A stretch of 64,000 bases of DNA from assembly GCA_010015585.1 (NCBI GenBank), contig ML975161.1; one strand, given 5' to 3'. This DNA is from Eremomyces bilateralis CBS 781.70. Taxonomy: Eukaryota. The position numbers and the translations under genes are program-made. Within the stretch, counting starts at the first letter, position 1; each line of letters begins with the position of its first letter. Under the pieces are notes generated by a model that was not told the DNA's origin, searched no databases, and saw nothing but the letters and a program-made list of their open reading frames with translations. Positions 24,527 through 35,688 of the stretch are shown here, piece after piece.

Positions 24527-25789
24527 ATGGCTCTCACCGCGCCAAAGATCTCATCTTCATCACCCATCCAATTCTCCATCCCGCTTCCGCACGCTCCCCA
24601 GACCCGCATCCATGTCCACCTCACCATCCTCCAAACCTCTGTCATGGCCTTCCTCACCACGACCGGAGAATCCACGACACGAGCCCTCTCCTCCATGGGT
24701 TCGTTCGTGTACTCATTGCCGAATGTAAGCAAGTTAGTTTCCGTTTCTGTCAATGTTCATGAGATGCCAGAGCAGACTTACCGCTGGGTGGGTCTAGCCG
24801 ACGCTTGGCCCCCTTCGTGATGGCCAGGCGCCAGCCAGAAGCTGTCCCGAATCCAACCTTCTGTCCCTTCGCTGCCATAGCAGCCCAACCCAATGCTCCT
24901 CCGTTTTCCCATCCCACTACCCGTAGCAGTCCGACCTGGTGCTCCTCCTTTTTCCCACGCCCCCTTCTTTTGGAGGCTTCTTCACCCCTTCATTCCCTCA
25001 CCTGCCCTACCACGCCTCTTCTATTTGGAGGCTTCTCCCCTTTTCAATTCCTCCTCTGCCCGACCCCGCCCCTTCTTTGGAGGCATTTCTTCCTTTCTTT
25101 TTCTTTTTTTTTTGTTTTTGTTTTTGTTTTAGTTCTAAAGAGCGATGGTTAGCATGGCCAAGCAATTGAGGAGCAAGGACTACCTACTATGGTTTTGGTC
25201 TCAACAAAGCCTGCCACGTATGTGGCGCGGTTGAGACCGGACTGTCGGGCCACTGATGCCAAGGAGTTTGCAAAGTTGATATGAAGTTTCTGAGGCCTGT
25301 GTGCTCGACAATCTGCTATGGTTTTTGACGAGAGCAATGAATGAGGACAGCTGCTTTTGGCAGCTCTATTTTGCGGGTTTCCCGCATCATTGAGATGTTT
25401 GAAATGATTGATGCCTATGTCCGGTTGACAGTCGACGCTCGGATGGAGTGAATGTGTCGGAACTTACTACTTTTGATAAAATGATCCAACTATTTTTGGT
25501 TTGAAGTTCAACAGCAAGAAGAACGTGTCGCTGACGATTTGATTGAAAACAGCGCGACCATCCGACCGAACAACCGATTAGCACACCCCTTTACATCGAT
25601 GCCGGCACGGTTGACTTCGCATCCCGTCTCGCAAAAGCTTTGGCGCGGAGAGTTGGAAAGCCAGTGTATGTTGGTAGCTCAGTAAGCTTCTCGTCGGCAG
25701 GACGAGGCGGCGACGTGGAAGAAGAAATGGAGGGCTTCCGGGCGGCGGTGGATGCAATTGCCCGCGTGGTCACTACGCGAGAAGAATGA
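24527..25789 (+). CDS. Proteasome assembly chaperone PAC4/Poc4-like protein (144 aa); exons 24527-24724 and 25553-25789, 828-nt intron
   Basis: Exon 1 FSIPLP..IHVHLT..MGSFVYSLPN|GTAAGC; exon 2 after CTGAC..CAG reads ISTPLY..FASRLAKALARRVGKPVYVGSS..EEEMEGF; phase-0 join is in frame; exon 2 is absent from the ORF track. Confidence 0.82.
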
Positions 25790-25817
25790 ATTGCTTGAAA
25801 TGATGGTGGACCTGGAA

Positions 25818-26362
25818 GGATCCGAAGTTGAAAACTTGATGAAGAGACGAATGAAACGCTCCTCATGTGTCTGATCAACCGAATCGAAACGATATATTGT
25901 TCGTTTGTGAGTGTTGCTCGCTCGTATGGAGACGACTCGGGAAGCTGAATAGCTTGATGATCCGACTTGAAGACCCGATGAGTGGTCACATAAAATGCTC
26001 ACCCTGTGTCTGATCGCTTGATGACATAGTTTAGTTGACTGTGTCGTGGACGTGGAAATTGCTCGTATGGTCACGACATGCGGAGCAGAATTGAAGATTT
26101 GCTTAAGAATTTTATCGATCTAGAAGAATCCGAACTTGAAGATTTGATGAGTGGTCACACAACTCATTATATGTCTGATTGCCCGAGACGTGGTTTATTT
26201 ATCGTCGATGTGGCGATCGGTTGCTAGGCGACGAATTGTCGGGGCACGACTGAAGATTTGATTAGTGGTCACAAAACATCTCATCCTCTGTCTGATCACC
26301 CGAAACCGTGGATTGCCTGTCTATCGGTGTGGCGATTGCTCGCATGATCACAGCTGCGAAGC
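25818..26362. repeat. Four degenerate tandem units of ~110-165 bp
   Basis: Core TGAAGA..GATGAGTGGTCACA..CTCA..TGTCTGAT recurs at ~25830, 25969, 26136 and 26251. Confidence 0.85.
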
Positions 26363-26599
26363 GTTTTGTGTTTGAAATATGGCGGATCCCGAAGGATCCG
26401 AATTCAAAGGTTCGAAGAGTGGAGGCTGTTCTTCGCGTTATGTGAGCCTTGGCGGATTTGCATCGGGGTGGACGCGCGGAAAAAAGGCACTGTACGAGGC
26501 CGCGAATCTGAAGATAAGACGCTGTCCCTGATCCCACACGGCCTGTTTCACGAAGTTTCGGGGTTCCGTAACGACATCATCGTGTTGGTCCTCTGCGTA

Positions 26600-27800
26600 T
26601 TGGGCGCGGGCGCGGGCGCGGGCGCTTAACTCAGATCAACTGCTACTCATGAATCTTCTTATCTTTGGTGGCCGACGTGCTCTGGAGCCCGCAGAGACTC
26701 GCTTTCGCCGGATCCAGATCGCAGAGATGATCCTCGAGATGGCCGACTGCCTTCCAGTGAATCCAGCGACAGGCCTTTGATGATAGGTCCTGCGCGGCAC
26801 GGCGGCTGTCGTGAGATTGCCCGGCCCAGTCTTCGCTTTCCGTCAATTCGCCACTTTTCCTGTAAATAAAGTTGGCCAGGCGTTGGAATTGAAGCCCGAG
26901 GGCCAGCTGGACGAAATTGATGCAGGAAAGGAAGAATTACAAACAACGAGGTATCCAGTTCAGGAGGAACCGGGGAGAAATAATGGCTTTGGCTGCCAGG
27001 ATGATCACTATGTCGAAGGTTCTATCGCCGGTGAAGGCGATAGCGTACTGGACATTCGGCTGCGTCAGGAAACACTCAGTTTTACGGAGCATTTTCTTCG
27101 CGGCGATATCGAACCTTTCGAATTGCTCGAGGGCATATCCCACTACGACCACAAGGGCTTTGTCGTAGTCCGAGCGAAAGCAGCAGCGCAAAATTGCCAT
27201 GCTTGTGCGACCCAGCATGAAAGCGATTACCGTGACAGTCATCCATCCGAGTGGGGCAAGGGAGACACTGGAAGGCAGATAGCCGACCAGCTCGGGGACT
27301 TCTTCCAGGAATATCCTATTTCTGAGCCCCTCGATGGCAGACAATACCCCGTTCCTGCTCCATGCTGAGAAAAGATCCCCGACGTTGATCCAGCACTTCT
27401 TGAGTGCACCATACCACGAGGAGGAGTCCAGAACCAGTCTCAGCACTTTCGTTACGGTCGAGTTCGAGAGCCACGCGGGGTTCTTGAAGGCCGAGACTCA
27501 AGGCGACGCAAAGACGGAATCACAAACGCAGCAGAGTACTGGTCGCGATCCATCGAGAGGAAAGTAGGCCGAAGCCATGCCAGTGCGCTGCCAGGGGTCC
27601 CAACCAGCCGCTCGGGGATCTGGTCGTACAGTGCCGAGAAGCCATTCGCTTGCACCGCTAAGGACGATCATTGAGCGGGCACCTGGCTTACGATATCCGG
27701 AGTGGGTACCTGTGACAGAAGTCAGTAGATGCTCAGTCATTGTGAGCCATAAGGCAATCCCCAGAAAAAGCAAGGAAAAGGAAAGCGCATGCAAAGGCAC
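26600..27800 (-). pseudogene. Possible decayed gene of unknown family
   Basis: Chain of minus-strand ORFs (27498-27800, 27452-27655, 26937-27446, 26643-26846); the last two are in frame across one stop; no recognised motif. Confidence 0.25.
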
Positions 27801-29095
27801 CCTCTGCTTGAAGCACCTTTATGGCACCATGCCCCTGAAGTCAAGCAGAGTGAATAGTGTGCAGTGTGTGAGTGAACTGGGATGTGTGTCTTAAGCAAAA
27901 GCATCTAACCAAAGCAAAATAATGAGACGGGGGTGGCTGGTGTGCGCCCAACTTTCAAGACATGTGACCCACATCACCATGACTCGAGAAAACTAAAGAC
28001 TTCAAGACTCGAGACTCAAGGTTGAAGGCAAGGCCAGGCTTCCCCAGAGCCCGGAACCACAGAGCGCGAAGCCACGACCAGCGGCCGGGTACGTAATCGC
28101 ACCCGTGGGGTGCCGTGGGCTGGGCGGTCGGGCGAGGCGGATCGAGACTCGGCACGAAGTCAGACTCGAAAGACGACGACGGAACCGGCGAGGCTGTGGC
28201 GCCAGGAAGGGCGACGACGGGAGAAATGGACAGACCATAAGCCCATGGGCTTATAATCTTTGTGACATTCTATGGGAGTGACTCAGGGATGCTGAGCCGA
28301 AGCCGACACACAGCAGGACGATCGAGAGCAAGTATAGCAACTTCATTGTGAAGTGCTAATATCCTTCGGAGGACGTGAGGTCGATCGCACTGGAGATGAT
28401 AGGAGGGGGTGATGGATGCTATCTGAGTAACGGGGATGCTTTAAAGGCTGTACGGATATACAAAGATTGTAGTGAGGATTTAATATCGTTAGTCAATAAC
28501 CTCAACGCAGTGGATGGCTGGGTGGATGGTTGATGGTTGGTGGATGAAATCAGTGTGTGCATGATATTGAAGGAAGAAAGTAGGAAGAGAAGGAAGGGAG
28601 GAAGAAAGCGGAAGAAGAAGGTCAAGCTAGACGAGAGCAGGCTGAAAATGATTGAGCTCGAAAAGCATCAACAACACAGTGCGTGGGCCTGAAAGTGAAT
28701 GGGCCCGAAAATGAACGGATCATGTGGGTGGTAGTGTTGGGTATCGGTGAATTCACACGCTCCGCAAGCGTAGATATGGTGTGAGACTCAAGTTGCATTT
28801 TCGATATTCCCACAGGATAACAGAAGTTCCTCAATTCGAGGGATACGGGAATAATTTCAGTGGGATATTGCGGAAGACCTTTGAATCATGGTCCCCTGGG
28901 GCCTCTCTAGCAATGCCTTGAAGATTGAGTGGAAGTCTTCTTGCATAGGCGTGGACAGCACACAAAAACGTTGATAGATCTCAAAACACGGGTGTAAATA
29001 GGCTCCATTTGAAACAATTCTATGCTCGTAGACTACATGATAGAAGCACCCCACCGTGAACCGCCAGAAAAACGTTGATTGAATCAACAAACCCA

Positions 29096-30294
29096 TCATA
29101 TACCACGGTTGAACTCCACCGGTGTATCCTTCCCTATTCTCTCCGAAATCTCCTTCTCCAACTTGCCGGCCAATATCTGCTGCCTCTGCGGAAACGCACC
29201 CAGAGCCAACGGCAGCGCTCCCAGACTCGTCCCTAAGATCAACCCCAGGTTCACCGGCAGCGCCAGCCCCGGCCTCCGCTTCATCCACTTTTGCTTCTGC
29301 AGTTGTACCAAGATCAGCGGCGGAATAACCATGATCGGGGTGGAGTTTAAAACACGACTCAGCGCCGTCTCGCCCACGGCTAGGAAGGCCGCGCGTTTGG
29401 ATTTGCCGACCGGGCTGGCGACTACTCCGGCGTTCTTCTCTTCGGGGGAAAGGCAGGGGTAGACGTCGATTCCTTTTCGTAATTCGCTAGAGCGCATCAG
29501 GAAGACGTTGAGGGCACCGGCAGAGGCGACGGCGGCGAAGGGAACAAGGCGGGTGAGGATAAGTCGGGTGCCAGCTGAGAGAGAGCGGAGGCGAGGGACG
29601 AGAGAGTTGAGACCCACGGCCACGGAGCAACTGGCAGAGACGGCGAGGAAGTAGGACGTGATGATGCTCTGGGTTGATAATGGGGAAGACTTATTCGCGT
29701 TGGAGGAGTTGATGGCGACATTGAGGGATTGGTTGGTGATTTGCCAGCCGATTGTTCCAACAGTCTACAGGGGTTAGCTGAATAACTGTAGAAAGGGGAG
29801 CGAACATACTCCTAGTCCAGGGGTCAACATGCCCGCCGTGACAACCAGATTGGATATGACGAAGCAGCTCATTCGGAACGGCAACAAGACAGGTTGTCCC
29901 GTGTCAGGATGCAGTGTCGAGTCCACTATCTTCTTCGCCGCCCAAAACTCGGGGGTTGGGTCCTTCAACTCGCCCGTCTTGTAGGCGGTAATGATCTGCT
30001 TGGCATTCTCCAAACCGGCTGAAGAGACGAACAGTGTGCTGCAGGTATATACAGTTAGATATGTTCTTTTAACTAACATTCACCGCGACAGATATCTGGG
30101 ACAAGAACCTGCCGGGCGAGTGGAAGAAGTCTTCGCAAATGCCAGTAGTCATACTCGCCCCAAGATATATTCAGGGCACAGAATTCTTACCTAGGATCTG
30201 ATATATCGACAGCATGGCGCACCCGGCCCCAGTATGTAGTCAAGTCATATTGAGATTGTGGAGGGTCTCTCGTCCCTGGCAGAGCGGCCGACAT
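29096..30294 (-). CDS. FSF1: Sideroflexin (mitochondrial tricarboxylate/serine carrier); introns 30039-30190 and 29765-29809
   Basis: YDLTTYWGRVRH, STLHPDTG..LPFRMS, WQITNQSLNV, RLVPFAAVASAG..MR, terminal FNRGI. Confidence 0.95.
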
Positions 30295-30931
30295 GTCGAT
30301 TTTCCTCCTTATGACCTCTCCTCTTGCTAAACAAATTGAGTGTTCACGGAGCAATTTGCGACGGTAACTGAAACGGCTTATCGAGGTATTCAAGAGTCAA
30401 TTAACTCGGCAGATAAATTTCAGAAGTTTCTCTGAAGGAAAATGTCGGAATTTTACTGATCGATATGGTTTTCACGCTCTATTCCTTATCCTTTGACTCA
30501 TTTTCTTGCGGTGAGAGGCAAACGGGCAGTTGAAGTTGAATCAAGCATTTTCGGCTATTCCGATTTCGGTGCCGTGACTCAAGATGTGGCGCTGCGCCAC
30601 CTTTCTACCTACGGCGCCTCCTGCTGACCAGGTCTCACGAACTTGAACAACAACCGTAGCATCATCTCGGGCAGTACATAATTGAAGAGGCACTCAAATA
30701 CTATACGACATGCCTGTTGTAGCAAATACAAGAGAGGTCTAACGTGGCCGCGGATCTTGTTGGTTGTGTATTGTCTACCTTATAACGTAACAAGGATTTT
30801 GTGCTTATCTCTGCGAGACCGGGTAAGAACTATTAGTATTACATATAAGAGCTAGGACACCGGTGGATAAAACCTGACCATTACGACCTAGAGCTGCAAG
30901 TCGTTCTGGATCGTTTCTCCCTCGAACATTA

Positions 30932-32680
30932 ATGCGATATATTCGAGTACCGCGTTCCCTCCTCCCTCGGCCCCATTATCCATACTCGAACCCCAGTTAT
31001 ATCCCCTATCCCCGACCACTTCCACCCTCAACTCCCTTCCTCAGCCGAGCCATCACCATGTCGAACTTCTCTGCCGCAACCGCGGACCCCTCCTCTAAAC
31101 TCCCGCTCATCAACTTCCTCCGCGGCTGGCCCCACCCGAGCCTTCTCCCACCGTCCCTCCTGCAGGCCTCTGCTTCAACCCTCCTCGCCAACCCCACCCG
31201 CTCGACCACCGCTCTCTGCTACGGACCCGATGAAGGGGACGTCGAAGTACGTCACGAGGTCGCCAAGTGGTTAACGGACTTCTACGGCGGCGTATATCAA
31301 CCTGACCATCCTCCAGCGACAGGTGGCTCTGCAGCTACAGCGGAACCACCTGTCGATGTGAGCAGCTCAATTCCCCCCAACCCCGACGCGAGCATCCCAT
31401 CCGACAGGATCCTCATCACTGGCGGCGCCTCCCAATCCCTCGCGAACATCCTCGCCGCATTCACCGACCCAACTATAACCCTCCGCATCTGGATCGTCGC
31501 CCCCGCCTACATGCTCGCGTTCCGCATCTTCGAAGACGCTGGCTTCGTCGGCCGCCTGCGCGCCGTCCCGGAAGGTAACGAAGGCATCGACATCGACTTC
31601 CTCGAGCACGAAATCCAAGCCGTCGAGGACGACGAGCGCCTCCGACGCGAGGAATCCACCTCGGGCGATAGCCAACTGCGTGAACAAGACAGACGACCCG
31701 GCCCGAGGAAACCCGGCCGCACGCACTACTACCGCCACCTCATCTACAGCGTTCCCACCTTCTCCAACCCCTCTTCCCGCACCATGTCCCTCCCCCGGCG
31801 CGAATCCCTCATCCGCCTCGCCCGACGCTATGACGCCCTCCTCGTCAGCGACGACGTCTACGATATGCTCTACTGGCCCGTTCTCCCACCCAACACTTCC
31901 CACCATTCCCCCACCATACCCGCCCGCGCCGTCCTCCCCCGCCTCACCGATATAGACCGCTTTCTCCCGCGCGCCTCGCCGCCCACGCACCCGTTCGGGC
32001 ACGCGCTATCGAACGGGTCGTTTTCAAAGCTGCTGGGGCCGGGGTTGCGGACGGGGTGGGTGGAGGGGGCGAGCGCGGCGGTGACGGCGTTAGGGCGGGT
32101 CGGGGCGACACGGTCGGGGGGCGCGCCGTCGCATTTTACGGCGTGTGTGGTTGGGGAGGGTTTGAAGAGTGGGGAGACGGAGAGGCAGGTGAGGAGGTTA
32201 AGGAGGGAGTATGCGAGGCGGTGGAGGAGGTTGAGGGATGCGGTGGAGGGGGTGATGGGAGTGGAAGTTGTGGAGTCGACGGTTGAACCGATTGGTGGTG
32301 GGAGGAAGGGGGATGTAGGAGGTGAGAGTCGTACGGATGGAGAGTATATCGATCGTGTTGCGGGTGGGTATTTCCTCTGCCTGACTCTCCCTGCTCCACT
32401 CATTGCGACCGAGGTGGTTGACCGCTGCAAGAGAGTCAACTTGATCGTCGCGCCGGGGGATATCTTTGAGGTGCCGGGTGACAACAACACTGAGAAGACA
32501 CGGTTCCGAAGCCTGATCCGGCTTTGCTTTGCGTGGGAGGATGAAGACAAATTGGAGGAAGGGGTGGAGAGGTTGGCGGGCGTGATTAAAGTCATGCTGG
32601 AAGAGAGGAAGACCGGCGGCTCCCACCGAGTCGGAGATGGTTCTCAAAAGGGCGACGGAGAGTTGGGGAATTTCTGGTGA
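30932..32680 (+). CDS. PLP-dependent class I/II aminotransferase (Yer152c-like); alternative start 31058
   Basis: INFLRGWP, YGPDEG, ITGGASQ, PTFSNPS, SDDVYD, SNGSFSKLLGPGLRTGW (PLP lysine), IRLCFAW. Confidence 0.93.
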   Translation: MRYIRVPRSLLPRPHYPYSNPSYIPYPRPLPPSTPFLSRAITMSNFSAATADPSSKLPLINFLRGWPHPSLLPPSLLQASASTLLANPTRSTTALCYGPDEGDVEVRHEVAKWLTDFYGGVYQPDHPPATGGSAATAEPPVDVSSSIPPNPDASIPSDRILITGGASQSLANILAAFTDPTITLRIWIVAPAYMLAFRIFEDAGFVGRLRAVPEGNEGIDIDFLEHEIQAVEDDERLRREESTSGDSQLREQDRRPGPRKPGRTHYYRHLIYSVPTFSNPSSRTMSLPRRESLIRLARRYDALLVSDDVYDMLYWPVLPPNTSHHSPTIPARAVLPRLTDIDRFLPRASPPTHPFGHALSNGSFSKLLGPGLRTGWVEGASAAVTALGRVGATRSGGAPSHFTACVVGEGLKSGETERQVRRLRREYARRWRRLRDAVEGVMGVEVVESTVEPIGGGRKGDVGGESRTDGEYIDRVAGGYFLCLTLPAPLIATEVVDRCKRVNLIVAPGDIFEVPGDNNTEKTRFRSLIRLCFAWEDEDKLEEGVERLAGVIKVMLEERKTGGSHRVGDGSQKGDGELGNFW

Positions 32681-33309
32681 TGCCCCAAATCTAAAGTTAA
32701 ACATGTATATATCTCTAGCGCCGTGTCGAGCGACGGCATGCGAGCTTATCGAACATCAAGTCACACACGCACTTCACCCGAGCACCATCATGAAGTCGAA
32801 CTATTCAATTTTTATCCGCCTATTGCGGGTATATTCGTACATACAAAGCGGACCTTTCTCTCGTGAGACACCGACTCCTCCTCAGATACAACCCTCTAAC
32901 CGAGAAAATCCTTCGCGACCTCCCAAGCTCCGAAAGGCGGTATCTAGGATCGCTCATCTACCGAGAAAGAAAAATTGACAACCGAAGTTGGTCTCGATAT
33001 GCCACGCTAGCCCTCAGACTGCCGTCCACGCACGAACGCTCCGAACGGTTCCTCCAAAAATGAAGTCCGACCCCCAGTCTGTGGTCGCCATGCCGAATGC
33101 GCCGTGAGGGCGATGGTCCCATACCATGCTAGTACTGTAACGCTCAGCTGCGAGAAAGGATAAGGAAATCGGTGGAGGTCAAGGGGAAAGGGATTAAAGG
33201 TGCGAGGAATGGAAGAAACGTAAAGCATTCGGGTTTATGTACAATCTGCCCAATTCTGCCGCGTGAGTGTAATCAGAAGTGCAGACATCCCATCGTGTCT
33301 GTCTTCCGC

Positions 33310-35688
33310 TCAGCTCTGCACCCACCTCGCGACCGTCCCGCAGAAATTGCTCCGATTATCCAGATCCTTCACCGAGCCCTGCGAGCTCACGATCATGTCC
33401 ACCGCCGCCTTAGTGCTGATGCCGAAGAGCCGGATGTTCTTCGATGTGCCTTCGATGCTGATCATGCCGTTCTGACAGTTGTTCGCCGGCACACACTTCT
33501 GGTCGTAGTTCTCGAAGAAGGAGTACAGCCCGGCGCCGTAGACGAAGACGTCCTCACTATCCACCACGCGGAGGCCCCAGGCTTTGTTGGAGAGGGCGTC
33601 GGGGGCGCCGAAGGTCGGGTCGCCAGGGATGGGGGTCGTGAAGGGGAATGGCGCGGACGGGTTGGATTGGTAGTAGGGCGTCTCGGACTGGATGAGGCCC
33701 ATCCAGACGTTCTTGGCATTCATGACCTGGTAGTTGTAGAGCACGTTGTGTTCGGAGTTCGTGCCGTAGAACCAGACGGGGTTCTGCGACTCGATGAGCA
33801 CACCACGGCCGTTGTAGATGTCGATTTGGTAGTGGTCGGCGAGGTCGAGCTCGTGGTCCGACACCCAGAACCAACAGTTCTCGAGGTACACCGAGGCGTC
33901 TTTGGTCGTGTGGTAAAGCATCCCGGCGCCCACACATTTCGGATCCGGGCCATGAGGAGCACTGGGCTTCTTGGCACATGTATCAGATTGCAGTAAGGTG
34001 CCGGCGCTGCCGCCGATGCGGAAATGAACGTCCCACATGCCGTTGCTGCCTTGCTTTTCGGCGTTCAGGTTCCACTCCATCAGCACGGCGCCAGGGACTG
34101 GACCGCGCGTCTCGAACATCAGATCGGACATCTCAACTGCGCCGGATTGGCCGGAGTTTCCGACTTTGAACACGGGGCGGAGCTGGGCGGGATCTTGGAA
34201 CTTGGGCCCGGACGCCATGATCAGAGGCCAGATTTCACCGGTGATCTTCGCGTGGCACCCGACGAATACCGTGTCGGTGATGAGATAGGCGCCATGGTCG
34301 AAGTAGAGGATTTGGTCATCCTTGAGGTTGGTGAGCGCCTGCTGAATGGCAGCGGTGTCGTCAGTAAGCCCGTCGCCAACCGCACCGGCGGATTTCACGG
34401 ACACGAATTGCGAGGCGGGGACGTTTTCGTACTGCGGCTTCGATCGCTCGAAGACCTTATTGCCAGAGAGTAGGCCAGCTGACTTTGCGGGCTCGGTGAC
34501 GACGGTTTGCGTGCGCATGCCATCGTTGCCGATGTAGGAGCGGCCTTGGACCCAGTTGGCGACATGAGCACCTCCGGCAACGACCGTCTGGTCACCCGGG
34601 CCTTTCACGGCGACCGGGGTCCCGGTGAAGTCGGTGTTCTCGAGAATCAGGGTACCGCCAGAGTTGGGGATCGAGTCGGGGGAGAAAGAGGTATTGAAGC
34701 CGCAATCAGTGGCTTGGATCTTAGAATCGAGCATGAGGATCGAGCCGACAGTTTGATTGAAGCCACCGTTGGCCATATCGACGCCGACACGGCAGTTGTT
34801 GATGGAAACCGACTTGAAGGTCCAAGCCCAGTTCCAGTTCATGAAGATGGCCGTGTCACAGTCGTTGAAGACGAGGTTGCGCGTCGTGAACTGTTGGTTG
34901 CCAAGAAAAGCGCCGTATTGGCCACCGTTGAAGATGAGGTCTGACATCCATCCACCGGAGCCGTTGTCCATGAAAATCCCCTGCTGTCGGTTGTCGGCGC
35001 CTCCCTTAACCATCTCGAAGCGGATGTTATGGAGACTCGTAGCTTGTGCAACCTGCCAGTGGATACCGGCTCCGCGGTTCGGGGGCATGGCCCTCAAGTC
35101 GATGACGAAGTTGCGAACTTGTCGGAAGAAGTTGTTTTGGTTCGTGAACCAGTTGACGCCATCGGGGAGATACGGATCGGCGTCTATGACTGCCATTCCC
35201 TCAAACTGCGGTGCGGCCTTGAGGACAGGGAGGTTTGTCGCATCACCGATCATCTGGGTGTAGTAGTACTGGAGCAAAGGTTGGCTGATGATGTACGTGC
35301 CGGCAGGGAAGTAAACAATCGCTGGGGTCACGGTGCTGGAATCACATCCGCCACCACCACATCGATTGCCCTCCGAGATGGCCTGGTTGATCGCAGCGGT
35401 GTCGTCTGTAACGCCATCTCCACGGGCGCCATAGTCCTTGACGTTGCGGAAGATTTTGAAATCGGCGTTTCCGTAGGCGACGGTGCCTTTACGCTCGATG
35501 TTGGAAACCCAGTACGGTCCCGCAGCGGATTGACCAGGATAGGTGGTTCCTTGTCGTGGAACATGAGCGGCAACGGGATTCAAGCTTTGACCTGGAATCA
35601 GAGTGCCAGTAGTTGGAGCGGTCGACGTGAGGGAAAACAGCGAATGTAGAGCGGCAAAGCCCAGGGAGACTGAAGCGAAAGCACGCAT
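33310..35688 (-). CDS. GH55 exo-beta-1,3-glucanase, secreted
   Basis: Signal peptide; two GA.GDG.TDDTAAI beta-helix starts; NQNNFFRQ, IHWQVAQATSL, WDVHFRIGG, IQSETPYYQ. Confidence 0.96.
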   Translation of the reverse strand: MRAFASVSLGFAALHSLFSLTSTAPTTGTLIPGQSLNPVAAHVPRQGTTYPGQSAAGPYWVSNIERKGTVAYGNADFKIFRNVKDYGARGDGVTDDTAAINQAISEGNRCGGGGCDSSTVTPAIVYFPAGTYIISQPLLQYYYTQMIGDATNLPVLKAAPQFEGMAVIDADPYLPDGVNWFTNQNNFFRQVRNFVIDLRAMPPNRGAGIHWQVAQATSLHNIRFEMVKGGADNRQQGIFMDNGSGGWMSDLIFNGGQYGAFLGNQQFTTRNLVFNDCDTAIFMNWNWAWTFKSVSINNCRVGVDMANGGFNQTVGSILMLDSKIQATDCGFNTSFSPDSIPNSGGTLILENTDFTGTPVAVKGPGDQTVVAGGAHVANWVQGRSYIGNDGMRTQTVVTEPAKSAGLLSGNKVFERSKPQYENVPASQFVSVKSAGAVGDGLTDDTAAIQQALTNLKDDQILYFDHGAYLITDTVFVGCHAKITGEIWPLIMASGPKFQDPAQLRPVFKVGNSGQSGAVEMSDLMFETRGPVPGAVLMEWNLNAEKQGSNGMWDVHFRIGGSAGTLLQSDTCAKKPSAPHGPDPKCVGAGMLYHTTKDASVYLENCWFWVSDHELDLADHYQIDIYNGRGVLIESQNPVWFYGTNSEHNVLYNYQVMNAKNVWMGLIQSETPYYQSNPSAPFPFTTPIPGDPTFGAPDALSNKAWGLRVVDSEDVFVYGAGLYSFFENYDQKCVPANNCQNGMISIEGTSKNIRLFGISTKAAVDMIVSSQGSVKDLDNRSNFCGTVARWVQS

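Noticed and set aside
25335..25395. Hammerhead ribozyme or TPP riboswitch in the long intron
   Set aside because: A three-way junction is present, but the CUGANGA/GAAA core and the TPP consensus are absent
25818..26362. CRISPR-like array
   Set aside because: Eukaryotic context; units are degenerate, spacers are homologous to each other, and no cas genes are present
26602..26625. (GGGCGC)x4 microsatellite
   Set aside because: Simple repeat with no evidence of function
33172..35649. Long antisense ORFs over GH55 and other GC-rich genes
   Set aside because: Explained by the codon bias of the sense gene
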